From NCBI GenBank assembly GCA_973895155.1, contig OZ316894.1, positions 22,229,867 to 22,293,866 of the forward strand: a stretch of DNA of 64,000 bases, written 5' to 3'. Made by a program: the position numbers and the translations under genes. Shown here piece after piece: positions 27,672 to 39,724 of this stretch. This stretch comes from Marsupella aquatica (lineage: Eukaryota; Plantae; Marchantiophyta). Every line of letters starts with the position of its first letter. Position 1 is the stretch's first letter. The notes beneath the pieces are model-generated. The model did not search any database. It was given only the letters and a program-made list of their open reading frames with translations, and was not told where the DNA came from.

Positions 27672-30600
27672 GGACCACAGGAGTGCACATCGGGACTTGG
27701 CCAGAGATCTCAGTCACGACTGTCTTTTGTATGATTGGAGGGCCCCAAGGGAAGATCCATGGACTGTATTTCTGCTCACTGCGGCCATGCTGGGCTCTCG
27801 GCCGTTACCTTAGCTCTGTTTGAGGTGACGAACTCTGCTTTTTTTAAGCTGATGGTTTGCAAAGTGAGGGACCCGACCAATCATGTAGGCTATTGGCTGG
27901 ATGAAAGCTTGGACTCTCCTTCCATCTTGTGGCCGGCTTCTTCAGTAGAACGGTCTCCTGCTGAAGCTCCGGCTACCTTCCATTGTGATAAGTTTCTTTC
28001 CTGGTTGCCCTTTCTTTTTGGTCTGGTAGACTAATGTTTTCGCAAAGGAACTGTGCTCAAACCTGTTCAATGTTGTTATTTTTCAAGGAATAAGTTGCAA
28101 CATGGATTCTATATGATGGTTACCATAGAATACAAACTCACAGAGGCGTTGCCTTTGTTGCTGTGTTCTGAGGTGTGGTTCTGCTTAGAACGGCACGGCA
28201 CGGCACTGCACTGCACTGCCTCCCTCGCCTCCTCTTCATACATTGTGGTCTTACTTTCTAGCATCATCAATGGCTGTCTACACCTGCAAAGCTGCTACCT
28301 TGAATGGGAGGGTTGTTGTTTTCTACACGTCCGTGCCATGGTCTCCGGCCTTGTGCACGTGAAGCTTTACTTCTTTGACTGCCAAGCATGGTAGCGTGGG
28401 TGGACCAGCGCAAGACAAGAATCTAGCTTTGAACTCAATCGTCCACAACAAATTCGCTCCCGTGTACCCTCTTTCCAAACTGCGATGTTCTTCATGTCAT
28501 TTTACCTGCTGCGGGACCTCATCCGCGATAGTGGCCCTTCCTTGTGAAAGTCTTCGTGACTGCCTAGAGCAGCTAAGCACTCCGTCTTTGTGTCCTGGAT
28601 GAGACAGCGTCCCATGGTCATCACCTTTGAATTTGGCACTAGTTGTAGAGGTCTCTAAGAATTCCTGCAGGCATTTAGTGCTCTAACTTCTGAGATTAAG
28701 TCGTGCAGTCCTGTTTTATCTGGTTTGTCATAGGTCTCGTATAACATTTTGTCATTCTCTATGCGGTAAGGTTCTTGAGTCGTGCATCTTTCTCAGTGGT
28801 AGAGCTTCGTTCTCCCTGCCTGTAGTGTCCTAAGTGCAATTGATTCCTTCCGTTTCAGGTAGTGTTCCTTTCTATTGCTAATTGTTCTGCCCCTGCACGA
28901 TGGGCAATTTTGTTTTAACAGTTTAGTTGTGCCTGTAGATTGTCAGGTCAGACGCTCTATCTAAGGTTATGATAGTCAGTAGTAAGTGATATGATGTTGT
29001 CAAACGTGGTGTACTGATGTATAGATGTATTGAGTGAATATTTTATATGACCTGTTTCAATCCAAAGTTGTCACTTACCTCGGAACTACAATTGCACTCA
29101 TCCAGTTCTCATTAACAATTGAAAGAACAAGCAACCCAAAGTGTAACAGAAGATGGGGATTGCATTACGGTGTGCATCGATATTTGGGACATCCCAAAGC
29201 TAGCGACACTTCGCCTTCTTGATGGTGGGCTTGGTAAATGGGCTGTCATACGGTGGATGCATAAGTAGGTTTGCGGAACGTCGCTCTAGCTGTTGTTGAT
29301 TTCTTTGCTTGCGATCATGATCAGTACTTCTATAGATGTATCCATTTGAATCAATCTTCCGGTTAGTCCATCCCCTCGTCGATTGTTTGGAGATCAAGGC
29401 ATTTTTTCCGCATGTTCCCTGATGAAGTAGTAGCCTAGGGAAATGTCTGAAGCGGAAATTCCTTGCCTATTATGAAAGTCATCAGAGATTTTTTGATAGC
29501 TTAGAGAGCCTGAAATGAGCGTGTTATGCTTGTCTACGTGGTTATGATCTGTGATACGAATTCCTCTGTTTAACGTCGTGGACAGTAGTAACTTGCAAGC
29601 TGTTTGCAGCAGGTTTGTCTTGTTTGGATGGCACTCAATTATTGAATTAAGCGTACTGGTGAGAACGTTATGTTGCTCTTCATATTTTCTGGAAAAGCCT
29701 CAGCTACCTTCGGTGCCAATATGACACTCGATTTTGTGAAACGTTACAGTAAACATGTTAGGAATTCATTTGAATGTGGTTGAGTGACCAAACAGAAAAC
29801 AGCTATCGACGATACTTCACTTTTTGGAAAGACCTATCATTTCTGTTTGGCAAGCGTAGGAGTTCAAACTTGAATTAATGTTTTACTTTTACTTTTAGTG
29901 TCCAGTTTCCAGTTTCTACATTTCAATAAGTTAAACTAGTCCAGCACCAGAATGATGTAGCTATATGAATAACGTATAGTCAAACTTCAGCCTGGTCACT
30001 GGAAGTGTCCCACAGGTGATGCGCTAGTTAGATCACCACGGGACCTACAGAAGAAGTATCTGAATCTCTCACATTTTCGGACAGGTGATTCGCTAGTTAG
30101 ATCACCACGGGACCTACAGAAGTATCTGAATCTCTCACATTTTCGTCATAAATCATCACTGGCACTACAGGAGGATGTGTCTTTTCTCTTTTCTCTTTTC
30201 TCTTTTCTCTTTTCCATATTCTAATCATAAATCACCTCTGGGACTACAGAAGGAGGAAGTCTGAACTTTTCCCTTGTCCACACGCTGGTCATTGCACTCT
30301 TCTCTGTCATTCTCCTCCATGATGTGGGGACAAACCTTGAACTGAATTACCCAACGACGTCACAAAAGCTGAACTAAATTACCCAACTACTCCATTGCTT
30401 ACATTAAATTATGTGACTACAAATCTCAAAAGAATATAAAAAGTAATTTCCTGATGAGTCTCATATGTCTCAAAAGTAGGTTCCTGATTCTTTTTGTGTT
30501 TGTGTCAATCCCTATTGACCAGTTAGTCTCATATGTCTCAAAAGTAGGTTCATGATTCTTTTTGTAGTGACCAGTACTTTACAATACAGCACATCAGGGG

Positions 30601-32910
30601 GCCAACCCACACCCATGTGTAGAGCCAAGATTACATCTTGAAATGAAATCCAAAAGGTAAACCAAGGTGTCAAGCAAGCTAAGCTTGCTGAGATCTAATA
30701 GGTCAAGACTAGGGAAAGCTTGTTTGACCTTCCTATGCAGTTCACACAAGAGCTTGGTTCAGTTTGCCAATTGGTATGTTTTTTCCAAGTTCTCAAAATT
30801 GTGTGCCCTGTTATTCTTTTGCTGCAACTTGTGGTGGGGTCCTTTGCGTTTTTTGGTGCTTTGGTTGCCTCCCCTTAATTGGGTTCTTTGCCTATGGGAC
30901 ATTGTCTCCTGGTTGGGCGCCCTTTGTTTTTTTGGCAATTCAATTATATGAAAGCTTGGAGAAACTAGTTACAGTAGGGTAGCCAGTATTGGTATTTTAG
31001 TGCAAACCCTTGAAGAACTAGGAAGACTTTACCATGTACCATTATCAACTTGCTCAACAAATGTACTGTAGTTGCCTTGAACCCCCTGTGATCTTACATA
31101 TTGGATATATGGGCATTTAAGTTTGAATTCTTGAAGAACAAAGAGGGCCACATAAATGCTGAAACTTATTTTAATGGTACCATTACCAACCTGCCCAATT
31201 TACCTAGTTGCCTTCAAACCACTGGAGACTTTGAATCTAACATAGAATGTAAATGAAATCCAGAATTGTGATGACTACTATAAGTTTTTGGACATATTAT
31301 TGACTCAACTCCCTTTTCTAGAACCCTGGTAGCTAGATCAACCTATGTGGAAGATCCCTGCGTTGATTACAAGTGTCAAAGATGACTACCAGTAGCATAC
31401 CTCTGCCAATCAAACCTAAGTGACTCACTACCTCACCTTGCAGTCACCTCTCTCTAAGTGCACATTGTTTGGAAGAAGCCCATACCTTGCACTTACAGGT
31501 GGTTTGCTCTATGTGATAAGTGCATGTATGTGACTTGTCTCTTATCAATTGACAGTGTCCATAGACATGCATCCTGCCTCTGTCCCCCTGCCCCCAAGAA
31601 GCTGCCACTTTGTGTGGGTAGGATTCTCATGCATTTTCTTGGACTTTACGTCTTTGCCCTAAATCCTGTTTCTTATCAAAAGTGCAATTTAACTGTATGT
31701 CTAGACTTTATGCATTTATCCACAAGAATTCTGCAGAGGATTCATGCTCTTACCCACTTGTACACACATCTTTACAGAGGGTTTGTAAGTATTTGTTTTT
31801 GGGTTTTAGTGGATACTTCATAGCACCTATAAAAACTGAAAACAATGCAAGGTAGAGGGAAAAGGGAAGAAGGGTCAGCCTTGCAATAAGCCAGGGTTTT
31901 GCACCTAGATAGAGGCGAGTGTAGATGGCACAACACTAGACAGAAACCCTGCACCATACTGTAAACAATAGGTCATACACAACCAAGCCATACCAAGTCT
32001 GCTGTAGTCCCAAATTTGTACTCTCATTTTGCAATTGAAGTCTACCGCTCCTCCTCTACTCCACATAGTGAAGCCATAGACCATATTTTGTCCGTTAACA
32101 GAAAATCAATATGTAGACTATGCCTGCGCGTAGAGATGGGCAACAGGAGTCTGGGTACAAGGAGCCCTAACTTCCTTTAGACTCTGCTTGTGAGTCGAGA
32201 CTAGCATGGGATAGACTATGCTTGGAGGTATTATGTGATGCAAACAAACAGGGATTTTTGATAGAGAGGAGAGTATTGTTAGCGAGCCACTAGTGGTTCT
32301 TGATGTCTTTTGATTCTTGCTGGTATATCTAGAGCATTTATAAGACTCTAGATTTCTAACCCAAAGAGGAGTCCCAAGATTGGGTTTTGGCTAACTAAGG
32401 ACTAACTTTGCTAGCCGAGTGTGGATTTTTTAGTGATAACAAGCATTTTTTTCCTGTTTGCTTGCATGATACAATTACCCCTCAGTACATACTAGCATGG
32501 GAGTCAACATCAGGAGAGCCCTTCCTTTCATGTTTAGAGTATGCTTGTGAATAAGGAGAGTCAGAACAACATGCTAATCTGGGTTGGAGAGCCCTTCCTG
32601 TGCATACTCAGTGGTATTTGAGGTACACTAGTGTGTGTGTGACCTACTCTACAAGGGGAAGTTTTCAAGCTACACTAATGTTACTGACGATTGAGGAGGA
32701 ATCTTTCTTATATAGCACAAAGAGATGGTAGACTTGGGGTCTAGGCTTCTAAAATGAAGCCTCTAGAGAGTGACTCTAGGGGCCCACCATGTGGACCTAA
32801 AAATATGATGATATGATCTATGTCCAATTATAATAACGATGGATATGAGCTATGTACAATTATAATTGTGGATGCTGTTTATTTATATTCAAATAATGGG
32901 CCAATCTGTA

Positions 32911-33241
32911 TGTTGGAATTTTCAACAGCATGGATCGGCTAGGAATTGAACCTAGGACCTCTCATGTACATTGTAGTGCTCTACCACTGAGCTACAGGCC
33001 CTTGATGCCTGCATCCCTCACCAGTTCGAGTGCATTTCATTTCCAACACCCTCCCTTAAGCCACACTCGCTACAAGGGAAACTCCTGATCTTTGGCTCGG
33101 ATACCATGTTGCAATTGTCAAGAGCATGACCGGCTAGGAATTGAACCTAGAAACTCCCATCTACATAGTAGTGCTCTACTAACTAAGGTACAGGCCCTTC
33201 ATGCCTGCACTCATCAGTTGGAGTGCTGTTCATTTCCAACA
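32911..33241 (-). mobile_element. TRIM (miniature LTR retrotransposon) with tRNA-derived LTRs
   Basis: LTRs at 32911-33048 and 33107-33241, each TGTTG...CAACA. The 58-bp interior has PBS TGGTATCCGAGC and PPT CTTAAGGGAGGG on the minus strand. Each LTR holds a tRNA-like segment (GGGCCTGTAGCTCAGTGGTAGAGCAC...GGTTCAATTCC). Confidence 0.88.
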
Positions 33242-34233
33242 TTATATTCAAAGAATGGGCCGAATTGATATTCAAAGAATGGGCAGAATGGGTACTCAGG
33301 CTCGTTGGATGAAAGGGAGCTCGGTGAAGCAACAGGTTACTACTGTACGAGAAGGTAAATTCTCTCTCTCTAACTTTGCTTTTTCGAGTTTTTCCAAACC
33401 GAAAACTCGCACGATGTTGTGGATGGGGGGGCTTGGTACGTCAAAAGCTCTCGATTCTCGCTCTTTGCTTGCTGCCTCCGTCTTCCAGGCTCCCTGTTGC
33501 GTTGCACCAGGCACTGAAGGTGGGCCGGGCGCAATCAATCAATCAAGCAAGCAAGCCAGCTCTCAATAAGATGAGCATGAGCTGAAGGGAGTCGTGTCCG
33601 GCAGAAGCTCATCTATTTCTTTTATCTTTTTTTCTTTCCTTCGTTCTTCCCTTCTGATAGGGGATGGTTCTGAATTGGGGAATGTGAGGAAATCTGTCTG
33701 ATATTTGCGCACGTCTCCCGCTCGTCTCTGCAGAGAGCGGTAGCCGGTTTTGTTCACTGTAAAGATGCGGATTCCGGAGCGAGATTATGACAGAGGGATG
33801 CAGAACAAGAGCAGCCCTGAATTGGATGTAGAAATGGTTGTTTGTGGCGAGACTTGGGGTTCATAGGGGTGGCTTGGGTTTTGGAGACCCAGAGAGCAAT
33901 GTGAGATTTCCCATGTGTGGTGGATTACAGGGTACCTGGTGCAGCAAGCAAGTCACAGCAGATCACATGTTGAGGGAGATCGGTACTGAGTCGGTGGACT
34001 GGGATTGGTGGTGACTGTGATTGAATGATTTGGTTTCCAGGAGCAGCCTCTTATTACGGGAGCACCCTATTTGGATATCCGATCCCAAACTCTCTTTCTA
34101 GACGCAGCCTCATATGGCTGCAACTATTCTGGCATTTGATCTCAAATTGCCTTTGCTTCAATTTCAGTACAGGACTTAATAATTCTGTGGGTGGCAGATT
34201 CTCACTGAGTAAGGCATATCTCTCGTTCTAGCG

Positions 34234-35625
34234 ATGGCAGGTGCTGCCATGTCTGTGAATGTGGGGAAACGTCTGATTGCCGAGTTAGCATTGGTGCCGG
34301 TCTTGAAGGTGCTCTCTATGGGTGCAATTGGAGCCGTTCTAGCCCATCCTCGTTTAGATGTGATCAACCCGGAATCGACAAAGCTCTTGAGCAAGCTCGT
34401 CTTCGCCCTGTTCCTGCCCTGCCTGATTTTTACAGAGCTTGGGGCTCAGGTGACCTTCGAGAATATGATGCGGTGGTGGTTCATTCCGGTGAATGTTGTT
34501 CTAGCAGGTCTCATAGGGTGCTCTGTGGGGTACATCGTTGCCCTGGTGTGCCAGCCTCCCCGTCGGTACTATCGATTCACTGTGATCATGACCGGCATAG
34601 GCAACACGGGGAACCTGCCTCTCGCAATTATTGGCTCTGTCTGTCATAACAAGGATTCCCCCTTTGGATCCAATTGTAACCAGGCTGGAGTGGCTTACAT
34701 TTCTTTCTCTACATGGATATCTGTGATCATTGTGTACACTTTCGTCTATCACATGCTCGAGGCTCCGGAGTATGAGGTGTTGGTGGTGCAAGTGCCTGGA
34801 GATGATGATCTAGCAGCAGGTGAAATTACAGCAGTAGAAGCTCCCATGGTTGATGGGTCCGAGCAGGATGAGAGTCTGGTAGATGTGGATGGGAGGATTG
34901 AGTATTCGGTTCTGGAAGCAGATTGGCCGGGATTGATGGATGCTCACAACCAGGACGAGCACCGAGTTCCTTTTCTCAAGAAAATCTGGCGGACCCAATC
35001 TCAGACGTCTCAGTTTTCTGGAGCCTCTGACGATGAGGATGAGATGAGGAGAGTGGCTTGTTTGAGGGAGCCCAGAGTGGTGAGGAAGATGAGGGTCGTG
35101 GCTGAGCGAACACCTCTTCAGCACATTTTTCAGCCTCCCACAGTTGCCTCGCTCTTGGCCATTGCGGTGGGATTATTTCCTAGATCAAAGAGCCTGCTGT
35201 TCGAAGAGACTTCTCCCCTGGGATTCGTCAATGACAGTCTGGTGATTCTAGCTGAGGCCATGGTGCCCTGCATCATGCTGGTGCTGGGAGGGACTCTGTC
35301 AGGGGGACCAGGAAAGTCTGAGTTGGGACTGAGAACAACGATTGGCATTTGTTTCACCAGGCTCTTCGTGCTTCCTACCATTGGGTTTGGCGTGGTTGAA
35401 GTTGCAGGGCTACTGGGATTCCTCCCTCAAGGAGATCCCATGTATCGGTTTGTGATCTTCCTACAATACTGCATGCCGACTGCTATCTTATGTGGAGCCA
35501 TGGCGAGCTTGCGAGGTTATGGGGAGAAAGAGGCTGCCTCCCTCTTATTCTGGCAACACTTGTTGGCTGTCCTCTCAGTAACTTTGTCCATTGCCATTTA
35601 CGTGAATTTCCTAGCCTATTTATGA
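34234..35625 (+). CDS. PILS: PIN-LIKES (PILS) auxin carrier, intronless CDS
   Basis: 463 aa multi-TM protein: LSKLVFALFLPCLIFTELG, WWFIPVNV, GIGNTGNLPLAIIGSVC, AMVPCIMLVLGGTL, FVIFLQYCMPTAILCGAMASLRGYGEKEAASLLFWQH (PILS2/6-like). Confidence 0.95.
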   Translation: MAGAAMSVNVGKRLIAELALVPVLKVLSMGAIGAVLAHPRLDVINPESTKLLSKLVFALFLPCLIFTELGAQVTFENMMRWWFIPVNVVLAGLIGCSVGYIVALVCQPPRRYYRFTVIMTGIGNTGNLPLAIIGSVCHNKDSPFGSNCNQAGVAYISFSTWISVIIVYTFVYHMLEAPEYEVLVVQVPGDDDLAAGEITAVEAPMVDGSEQDESLVDVDGRIEYSVLEADWPGLMDAHNQDEHRVPFLKKIWRTQSQTSQFSGASDDEDEMRRVACLREPRVVRKMRVVAERTPLQHIFQPPTVASLLAIAVGLFPRSKSLLFEETSPLGFVNDSLVILAEAMVPCIMLVLGGTLSGGPGKSELGLRTTIGICFTRLFVLPTIGFGVVEVAGLLGFLPQGDPMYRFVIFLQYCMPTAILCGAMASLRGYGEKEAASLLFWQHLLAVLSVTLSIAIYVNFLAYL

Positions 35626-37544
35626 GATCGTTGAACTGGACATTGTCGAGGTCACACATTATCCTATTTGGTCACCCACCAATTGCAGATTGTAATCACT
35701 GGTGACCAGCATTGTCCAGAGGAGGATCGATGGTCCCTCAATCAGAACTCGAATTCTGTGCCCCGATTGTTTGGGAACGTTTGTGACAGAATCAAGTTTT
35801 GGCTGGTCCTCCATTCAACGAAACTGATATCTCGAGGTCTTCGTGCGTATGGAATGTTGGCCAGCGACACTGAAAGCCTGTCCCTGAGTTTCACCTTATG
35901 TGCAATATTTTTGGAGCAGTGCTTCTTTTCCACAATCGATTGTTGTAATTGCTCTCTTCTTCCATCGGGGAAGAGGCTTTCATACCCATATACGTAAGAT
36001 TATTCCTTGGTCGTCGAGAAGTGGACGGGGTCCACTGGAGTTATGATTCAGTACATTAGGCTACACATTAGTCTGTATATAGACCATTCATGAGCTCAGC
36101 ATGGCCTCAGGATATTGTACAGAGCGAGAGGTTCCCTCTTCTTTTCGTATTGGTTTGCCGATGTTGTCCGCAGAGGGAACGAAGAAGCATTAGTTTATTG
36201 GAATTTCAGAATTAGCATTTTTGATTTCTTTGAGTAGGAAACGTATTCCTTACAAATGTTACTTGTTTTGATGGACTTGTCACCACCAACGATCTGATCT
36301 CGTTGAGTCGGAAATCAATTTTGCACAGTCTTGCAGTTCAAGTTGACGACAAATGAGGATTTTTAGCATTAACTCCAATACTTATGTCGATGTCTCGCAT
36401 GACTGTCTTCGGTGCTCGTCCGTCTACTTCCATTGCTCGTTAAAAGCGCACTTCTCTATAAAAAAGCTCGGATTGATGAGCTCAATCTACAAGCAGTGTC
36501 TTAGCTTGGCGATGCTCTATCCGCCCATTCATGTCATGTTCCCTGAATAAGTTGCCATTGACACGGTGGGTTATCTACTCTGAGATTATTTTCTTTGGAT
36601 AAAACCAAGTAGGTGTCATCTTTACGGAGCATCACAGAAGTCAAACATCATTCGTCAGAAGTAGAGAACGTGTTCACAGCATAACAGCTTGGAAATACGA
36701 CGTTGATGGTGGAACGTGGACTTCACAACTCATATCTTCCCGTGGGCTCTTCAGTCAAAACTGAAGGCTGGAGGTCGAATTTGTTCTTCATACACAGACT
36801 TGAAAAGAAGCCCACGTCGAGGTCATGTCAACTACAAGCTCTAACCGAGGCGAGCATGTCAGTCGTAACTACGGTTCTATCCGAAGCTGAACCTACACTC
36901 CACTTCGAACGACCGGCTGGGCTACTGGTTGGGGCTTTCGTGGGCACCAGGTCGATTCCTCCGAGCCCAAAAATGCCTCCCTCCCTCAAGGCGAAGCAAG
37001 GACGACGGTCTATCTCCCACACCCAGTCGAGTAGCGTTCTTTCACACCCCAACACTCCCCCAGGCCCTCGTCGTAAGGACAGCATGACAGATTACAGTCA
37101 TCAACCCCTAAAGACACAGAAGTAACAGCAGCGCCTTGCAGCACATCTCCCAGACTTGATTCCAGATGTTGAATTCTACTCTAGCTACGTTTGTTGCCAG
37201 TTGCAAACTTTCGAATGCAGTCAGAGAGCTATCCCGCACTTTCAACGTACCGGAACCTGCCTAGCCGTTTATTACTAGGCCGATTCCCTGCCCAACGGCA
37301 ACCAACAATGACTTCGCTTCAGTTTTGGCAGATTCAATGCTTCCTCATCGGATATGCATAAGATGGGCGCTGATGGGTTGCGATGATAATTTATTTATTT
37401 GGGTGGTCAGAGTCCTCTGGTGCGTTCAGTCTGCTGAGGTGGAGAGGAGCTTCCGTAGAGTAGGGCCCATCGCGTTGGTAGGTGAGGTACTAAGGTGCGC
37501 GGATTCGAATGCAGTGTCTTTCTTACTGCGCAGCAGCAGAAAAC

Positions 37545-38406
37545 ATGTCAGAGGAGAACGGAGGAGGAGGGCGAGGCGTGTACCACGAACGTCAGCGGCT
37601 GCAGCTCTGTTTACTCCATGCTCTCAACAATCTATTACAGGTAGGGCCGTTTACTCTTCGACGCCGTGGACCTGAATGAATTGAACAAGATTGGGTTGCA
37701 GAAATTCTATGAGCTCGATCAGAAACTGGGCAATTGAATTGTGTGTGTGTCTAAAACGCATAGGAGGACAGGGGAGCGTCAATGCCTTTGCTTGATGCGG
37801 TTTATCTGCAGAGATTTGCAGGGGGTGACTCGGACAGATTTTATGGATGGATTCTCTTCTTTGTTTGCGAGTGTATACTAGACTGACGTTCTCATCGTCT
37901 GTTTTTGGGTTGTCATGAAGGGAGAAAGGGCATTTACGCGAGGAGAGCTGGATGGAATTGCCGACAATTTACCGTCGTTGACGGATGATAGCACAAAGTG
38001 GAGGAGTCCACTGAGAATGATATTCAAGAGTCACCGCAACACTTTGACTGGAGATTATGACGTCAATGTCCTCTATGCTGCGCTTGAGACCAGAGGGAAA
38101 GATGTGATATGGTATGACAGACGGCACGGCGCCGATCGCCTCAACCCCATCGCTACATACGGAAGCAAGTTCGTCGGCATCATTGTAAACATTCCCACCA
38201 GGAGATATGCCGGGATTTGGAAGGCGCGGCACTGGGTGACTCTCCGCATGGTGAATGGCCTGTGGTACAATCTGGACAGCGATCTGTTCGAGCCCGTGCT
38301 CATGACCAACGGGGAAGACGATTTGAAGAGGTTCTTGTATTATGTTTTCGAAAACTCAGGAGAAGCCTTGATTGTCGTCGACAAGGAGCAGCTCGTGAAT
38401 GAGTGA
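37545..38406 (+). CDS. Josephin-domain deubiquitinase (JOSL/JOSD-like), two exons
   Basis: Exon 1 (37545-37640) YHERQRLQLCLLHALNNLLQ holds the catalytic Cys. Exon 2 (37921-38406) has GDYDVNVL and RHWVTLRMVNGLWYNLDSD (His, Asp). Confidence 0.93.
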
Positions 38407-39724
38407 TCCCGCTCTGGCAGTGAATGCTGCTCTACCTGCTCCGACTTCTGACGCGCCGATTTCGGCTTGAAGAGATTGCCGACAGTTTCCGCAGCAGTGA
38501 AGATGTCTGCAGCGGCGGTGAAGGTGCGGAATTCTAAGCCACAACTTGTTTGCAATTCCTGTGGTCAGGGAGCTGACAAGTTTTGCTGACCCAGAGGTTT
38601 TTATTGGATTGGCTGCTGTTCAACCAGACATCGGACAGATTTTTCAGTAGAATAGGATGTTAGGCTTTCAGTCAGGCTAGAAGAGCACGAAAACAGGGAC
38701 GCGTTTGGCTTACGTTTGGGCTTGGAACTTGTTTGAGTAGGAGCAACAGGACTTTGGGAGTAGAGGACTCTTCGGAAGATTGAGCGGCCAGTCACAAAAT
38801 CGACATGCGGTTGTGAAACTTTGTGCAGTACTATGCTTGGTGACGTTGGTATTAGTGGGACCCCTGCTGTCGAAAGCTCGTGGACTTGATTTTTGCAGCC
38901 ATTCTGACTTCTCTCCACGGTATTTGCTTTCATGATATGCTCCATGGGCTCATGCCAAATTGAGAGCTGTGTGCATTCTGGAGCCAAGTACATTTGTGCA
39001 CACCTGAAAGCTAATGAACGGCCTCACGCCAGAAATCAGTCCCTTGGTCTTACCTGAGATTTAACAACGTTAGCAAGTTCACGGAAGTAGGAGGTGAGAG
39101 TAGATCCCATCATCTGAAGGGATTCGTCATGAGACTGGTTAGCCACCATGTCATTTTTTGGTTTTTAGTTCTGCTATGTAGAAGAGTCACTAGAAGAGTC
39201 ACTAGTCGCGCGAAAGCTGTTAGCACGAGTTGGTAGTGTTCTTGGCCATAATAGATCTGATAGGAAACACAATCAGATAGCTCCAGACAAGCGAGTTTTA
39301 GTTCCATATCCACGAAATTACATGGTCTTACGAAACTCGAGGCGTATGCCAGAGTTCGGAAGTAGATTTTTCTCGATATCAGGTTGCTAGTTGCCATTCA
39401 TGTACTGTTAGAACTCTCCATGAACATTATGATGTAAACGTCGAGAATGAATAGAGTTCATACACGAGACATCATTGATTCATATGTCAGGGTATGGTGG
39501 GAGCCGTTGTGAGTATCGCCTTTCATTGTTGCTGAAGAAATTCCCGTTGTCAATGTTCCTCAAGGACACACTGTGTTGCTACATGTGAAGAGAGTGATTG
39601 GCATTTTCAAGTATTATGCTTCTACACAAAATTCTAATCAACTTCTAGCTGTCCATCACATGTCCAGATCTTTGGCTTTTATAGAAAGATCCTAGATTAT
39701 TTTACATATATTAAATGTCTTGGG

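Noticed and set aside
32932-33001. Functional tRNA gene on the minus strand
   Set aside because: Acceptor and anticodon stems do not pair well, and the block is duplicated within LTRs; it is better explained as part of a TRIM.
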